From: Myxococcota bacterium
GTDB lineage: Bacteria; Myxococcota; UBA4151
Direction: 5' to 3'
Length of the DNA stretch: 12,666 bases
Assembly: GCA_040260805.1 (NCBI GenBank)
Contig: JBDQPD010000102.1
Location: 1 to 12,666 of the forward strand
Positions 7,716 through 12,666 of the stretch are shown here, piece by piece. Position 1 is the stretch's first letter. Every line of letters starts with the position of its first letter. Both the position numbers and the translations under genes were made by a program. The notes beneath the pieces were generated by a model that saw nothing but the letters and a program-made list of their open reading frames with translations, was not told where the DNA came from and ran no database searches.

Positions 7716-8595
7716 TAAGTTTCTATTGCGTTTTTGGGGAACTCGGGGGTCGATTGCGACGCCGGGCGCTGAGACTGCAAGGTTTGGTGGTAACACCACC
7801 TGCGTCGAGATGATGGTTGGCGACGAGCGGCTGATTTTCGACGCCGGCACGGGTATTCGTGACCTGGGCAACCATATGGTCAAAGAGCGGCCAGATGGTG
7901 GGCATGCCTCGCTGTTCTTTAGCCACACCCATTGGGATCATATTCAGGGCTTCCCCTTCTTTGGACCGGCCTATCACCCTGGTTTCTCGCTTCATATCTA
8001 TGGAAATGCGGAGAGTCGGGCGAACGTGCGCGATTTGCTCGATGCGCAGATGCAGCAAGCTTATTTCCCGGTTCCATTTGAGGCACTCCAAGGCAGAATT
8101 GACTTTCTTGAAATTGAAGAGACCGGACATCGAATAGGTGACGCCGTTGTGCGCACGATGTCAGGTGTTCATCCCGGCGGCGTGACGATCTATCGAGTCG
8201 ACTACAATGGGGCGTCTGCAGTGTTTTGCACGGACAACGAAATCGATCTGATGCTCTTAGCTGGCGGCGTGGATAAGCCCAGAGAAGGGCACGTGTTTCC
8301 AGATGAACTGCTGCGTTTCTTACGGGGCGTCGATGTGATCGTGATTGATTGCCAATACACCGATGAGCTCTACAAGCTCCGTCGCAACTGGGGTCACCCT
8401 TGCGTCGGCACCGTGGTCGCGCTCGCCGCTCAAGCACAGATTGGCCGCGTTTTTCTTACCCATCATGACCCGAGTCATGATGACGAGACCATTACTGCAA
8501 AAGTCGATGACGCCGCTCTACGCCTGTCGATGTTGAGTCCTCAGGGGCTCGTGCATGGGGCGCGTGAGGGAATGGTGATCGCGGTCGATCAGTAG
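7708..8595 (+). CDS. MBL-fold metallo-hydrolase (TaR3-like, 'GxRGS...GGNT' subfamily)
   Basis: FWGTRGSIATPG, GGNTTCVE, DAGTG, metal-binding SHTHWDHIQG (HxHxDH), HPGG, DCQY, WGH and THHDP. The start overlaps the FHA gene by 8 nt. Substrate not determinable. Confidence 0.92.
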   Translation: MASKFLLRFWGTRGSIATPGAETARFGGNTTCVEMMVGDERLIFDAGTGIRDLGNHMVKERPDGGHASLFFSHTHWDHIQGFPFFGPAYHPGFSLHIYGNAESRANVRDLLDAQMQQAYFPVPFEALQGRIDFLEIEETGHRIGDAVVRTMSGVHPGGVTIYRVDYNGASAVFCTDNEIDLMLLAGGVDKPREGHVFPDELLRFLRGVDVIVIDCQYTDELYKLRRNWGHPCVGTVVALAAQAQIGRVFLTHHDPSHDDETITAKVDDAALRLSMLSPQGLVHGAREGMVIAVDQ

Positions 8596-8598
8596 CTT

Positions 8599-8610
8599 AG
8601 GAATATTCCT
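8599..8610. promoter_or_regulatory. Perfect 12-bp palindrome AGGAATATTCCT between the MBL gene and the oxidase operon
   Basis: The sequence equals its own reverse complement and extends to an imperfect hairpin over about 8592-8616. No U-tract. Function (operator or RNA hairpin) is not established. Confidence 0.3.
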
Positions 8611-8723
8611 GACTATCGCGTGCTTGCTAAAACGTAGAAGCTGTGGATAGTGCAAATGCCGACAGAACCCGCTGTCACGAAAACACGTTTTATCTAATCG
8701 TTTTCGCTCGGTCGGAGATGAAC

Positions 8724-9779
8724 ATGAACATGATCAGGCGCTGCTCACTACTAGTCCTCGTATGGCTGGTCTCTGCGTGTGGGTATGACAATCGCCAAAG
8801 CGGTGTGGACCCGATGTCCGACACCACGCGAATGAGCGACGACCTCTACAATTTCATATTGTGGATCGACGTTGTCATGGCCATTGGGGTCACCGTGGCT
8901 CTGTGCTACGCCCTCTGGAAGTTTCGCTACCGCGGCGAATCGGATCGCCCGAAACAGGTGCACGGTCACTTGGTGGCCGAGGTCAGCTGGACCATCGCAC
9001 CCGTCTTCATCCTGGTGGCGGTGATGGTGCCGACCGTTCAAACGATCTTCGCACAGCAATCTGCTCCTCCCGCTGATGCGCTGCACATCCAGGTGATCGG
9101 TAAGCAGTGGTGGTGGGAGTATGAATACAAAGACAGCGGCGTGGTGGTCGGCAACGAGCTGCACGTGCCTGCAGGGCAGCCTGTCTTCTTAGACATGATC
9201 TCGACCGACGTGATCCACGCATGGTGGGCGCCCAAGCTCACGGGCAAGCGTGACGTGAACTCGTGGCAACGGACGTATCTTCAGTTCACGGCAGACAAGC
9301 CCGGAACCTACTGGGGGCAGTGCGTCGAGTATTGCGGTGATTCCCACTCTTTGATGCGAATTAAGGTGGTCGTTGATACGCCTGAAGATTTCAAGAAGTG
9401 GCTTGCACATCAAAAAAGCGACGTCGTCGTCCAGCCTACACCAGAGGTGAAGGGTGCCTTAGCGCAGTGCTTTACGTGCCATTCGATGCGCGGGGTCTCG
9501 GATGTGATCATGCGGACCCAGCGTAGCGGTCCGGATCTGACACACATCGCAAGCCGAACAGCCCTATTCTCGGATCTGCGCGACTTCTCCGTTGAGCATT
9601 TGAAAGACTGGTTGCGTGACCCTCGCTCGATGAAGCCAGGGGTGCGTATGCCGGGGGCAGCCGTGAAATATCCGTCGATCGCTGAGGACCCTGTCCGAGG
9701 GGTGCCGGGGCTGCAGCAGCTGAATCTTACTGACGATCTTTTGGAAAAGGTGGCCGATTATCTGGCCGCCCTCAAATAG
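8724..9779 (+). CDS. coxB: Cytochrome c oxidase subunit II with fused cytochrome c (caa3 type), lipoprotein
   Basis: GGAG at 8714-8717 best fits ATG 8724 (alternatives 8718, 8730). Lipobox VSA-C, two TM helices, KQWWWEYEY, CuA ligands DVIH and CVEYCGDSHSLM, heme c motif CFTCH (9468-9482) and distal Met in PGVRMP. Equivalent to ctaC. Confidence 0.96.
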   Translation: MNMIRRCSLLVLVWLVSACGYDNRQSGVDPMSDTTRMSDDLYNFILWIDVVMAIGVTVALCYALWKFRYRGESDRPKQVHGHLVAEVSWTIAPVFILVAVMVPTVQTIFAQQSAPPADALHIQVIGKQWWWEYEYKDSGVVVGNELHVPAGQPVFLDMISTDVIHAWWAPKLTGKRDVNSWQRTYLQFTADKPGTYWGQCVEYCGDSHSLMRIKVVVDTPEDFKKWLAHQKSDVVVQPTPEVKGALAQCFTCHSMRGVSDVIMRTQRSGPDLTHIASRTALFSDLRDFSVEHLKDWLRDPRSMKPGVRMPGAAVKYPSIAEDPVRGVPGLQQLNLTDDLLEKVADYLAALK

Positions 9780-9794
9780 GACGGGAACTGCATT

Positions 9795-11606
<1,812 letters not shown>

Positions 11607-11615
11607 GAGAACACC

Positions 11616-12230
11616 ATGTCTGCGCACGGCGATCTTCCTATCGGTCACAGCGGAGAAGGCACGAGCCTTGGCGTCCCTACGCTCAAGCTGGCTTGGTGGA
11701 CCTTCTTATCCTCGGAATGCATGTTCTTTGGCTCGTTGCTGGCGACCTACTTCTCCCTGAAAAAGAACCGGATCACCGGTGAGCCTACGCCGCAAGACAT
11801 CTTCGCAATCGACATGACGTCGATCTCGACCTTTGTTTTGCTCGCAAGCTCGTACCTGATGGTCCTTGCGGTCGAAGCCATTGCCAACGGCGACATGCGG
11901 AAGACCAAACTCTGGTTAGCGGGCACGGCGTTCTTTGGTCTGATCTTCATCGGATTTCAGGCTTACGAGTTCACCGAGTTCTATGGACTAGGGTTGACCC
12001 TTACGTCGGGTACCTTTGGCTCGACGTTCTTCACCCTGACCGGTTTCCATGGCTTTCACGTCTGCATCGGTATTGTCTGGTTGCTGGGGCTGTTCAGCCT
12101 CGCAGTCACGGGCTGGTTGGATGAGAAGCGAGCGTTGACCGTCGAGGTAGCCGGTCTTTATTGGCACTTTGTCGATATCGTCTGGATCGTGATCTTCACG
12201 ATCGTCTACTTGGTGGAGTTTGTGCAATGA
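11616..12230 (+). CDS. coxC: Cytochrome c oxidase subunit III (short form)
   Basis: AGGAGA SD overlaps the coxA stop. Motifs FLSSECMFFGSL, LLASSY, FFTLTGFHGFHV and GLYWHFVDIVWI. 204 aa. Equivalent to ctaE. Confidence 0.97.
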   Translation: MSAHGDLPIGHSGEGTSLGVPTLKLAWWTFLSSECMFFGSLLATYFSLKKNRITGEPTPQDIFAIDMTSISTFVLLASSYLMVLAVEAIANGDMRKTKLWLAGTAFFGLIFIGFQAYEFTEFYGLGLTLTSGTFGSTFFTLTGFHGFHVCIGIVWLLGLFSLAVTGWLDEKRALTVEVAGLYWHFVDIVWIVIFTIVYLVEFVQ

Positions 12231-12666
12231 GTGACCAAGATCACAGGGATGGACGAGAGGAAGCGGGCTTCGACTTAGCTGACAAGAACAAGGACGGACA
12301 GGACGAAGCGGGCTTCGACTTAGCTGACAAGAACAAGGACGGACAGGACGAAGCGGGCTTCGACTTAGCTGACAAGAACAAGGACGGACAGGACGAAGCG
12401 GGCTTCGACCTAGCCGGCAAGGGTAAAGATGGACAGGGCGAAGATGGCCTTGAATCGAGTGAGCGTGCGCGTGTCCAGGGCGTCGGAAAAACCTCTTCGT
12501 CGGAAAATGAAGAGTCGGGCTACCAAAGGGTAGTCAAAGGCGATGGCGACCACGCAGCGCACGGTTCGTTCAAACTGTACACCGTGCTCATCATCATCTT
12601 GGCTGCAGTGACTTTTGTCGAGTGGCAGGCGTTGCCAGGGATGATCTTCTATTCGGAGGCGCTTGA
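12227..12666 (+). CDS. Probable cytochrome c oxidase subunit IV (CtaF/COX4_pro-like) with long repetitive acidic N-terminal extension, partial
   Basis: Not in the ORF track. The ATG at 12227 overlaps the coxC TGA (ATGA), with GGAG at 12215-12218, and the frame is open to the window end (146 codons). Translation: MSDQDHRDGRE(EAGFDLADKNKDGQD)x3 EAGFDLAGKGKDGQG EDGLESS...GDGDHAAHGSFKLYTVLIIILAAVTFVEWQALPGMIFYSEAL. The His patch, the Y..l...L..vT.vE helix and the operon position fit subunit IV. Confidence 0.78.
   Translation, partial: MSDQDHRDGREEAGFDLADKNKDGQDEAGFDLADKNKDGQDEAGFDLADKNKDGQDEAGFDLAGKGKDGQGEDGLESSERARVQGVGKTSSSENEESGYQRVVKGDGDHAAHGSFKLYTVLIIILAAVTFVEWQALPGMIFYSEAL
12260..12439 (+). 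repeat. In-frame 45-bp tandem repeat: three identical copies plus one degenerate copy
   Basis: The unit GAAGCGGGCTTCGACTTAGCTGACAAGAACAAGGACGGACAGGAC occurs at 12260-12304, 12305-12349 and 12350-12394. A fourth copy at 12395-12439 differs at 9 of 45 positions. No spacers. Confidence 0.98.

Noticed and set aside
8643..8660. Sigma-54 promoter (GG...TGC) upstream of coxB
   Set aside because: The GG-to-GC spacing is 11 nt instead of the required 10.
8643..8723. Longer coxB start at GTG 8643
   Set aside because: It would bury the lipoprotein signal peptide; the SD at 8714-8717 supports a downstream ATG.
12260..12439. 45-bp repeat as a CRISPR array
   Set aside because: The units are contiguous with no unique spacers, the length is a multiple of three within an open frame, and no cas genes are present.

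Overview
A GC-rich bacterial chromosomal segment. Myxococcota or another deltaproteobacterial lineage is inferred from a 'DAG'-repeat Cys-rich lipoprotein and the overall gene content. From left to right it holds: (i) an exported protein on the minus strand running off the left edge; (ii) a Cys-rich lipoprotein overlapping a small atypical S26 peptidase; (iii) a convergent minus-strand unit plsB - orphan N6-adenine DNA methyltransferase - lepB; (iv) a small FHA protein coupled to an MBL-fold hydrolase; (v) a caa3-type cytochrome c oxidase operon (subunits II-c, I, III and a truncated subunit IV). The most unusual signal is in subunit IV, which the ORF track missed. Its long acidic N-terminus is built from a 45-bp tandem repeat encoding EAGFDLADKNKDGQD, which resembles EF-hand/Dx[DN]xDG calcium-binding loops. 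Also notable are a GarA/OdhI-like Thr-Thr motif ahead of the FHA domain, two tail-to-tail S26 peptidases sharing a Cys-x4-Cys motif, and a solitary methyltransferase coupled into a lipid/secretion operon. No rRNA, tRNA, CRISPR array or mobile element was recognised. All calls come from manual reading; no searches were run.
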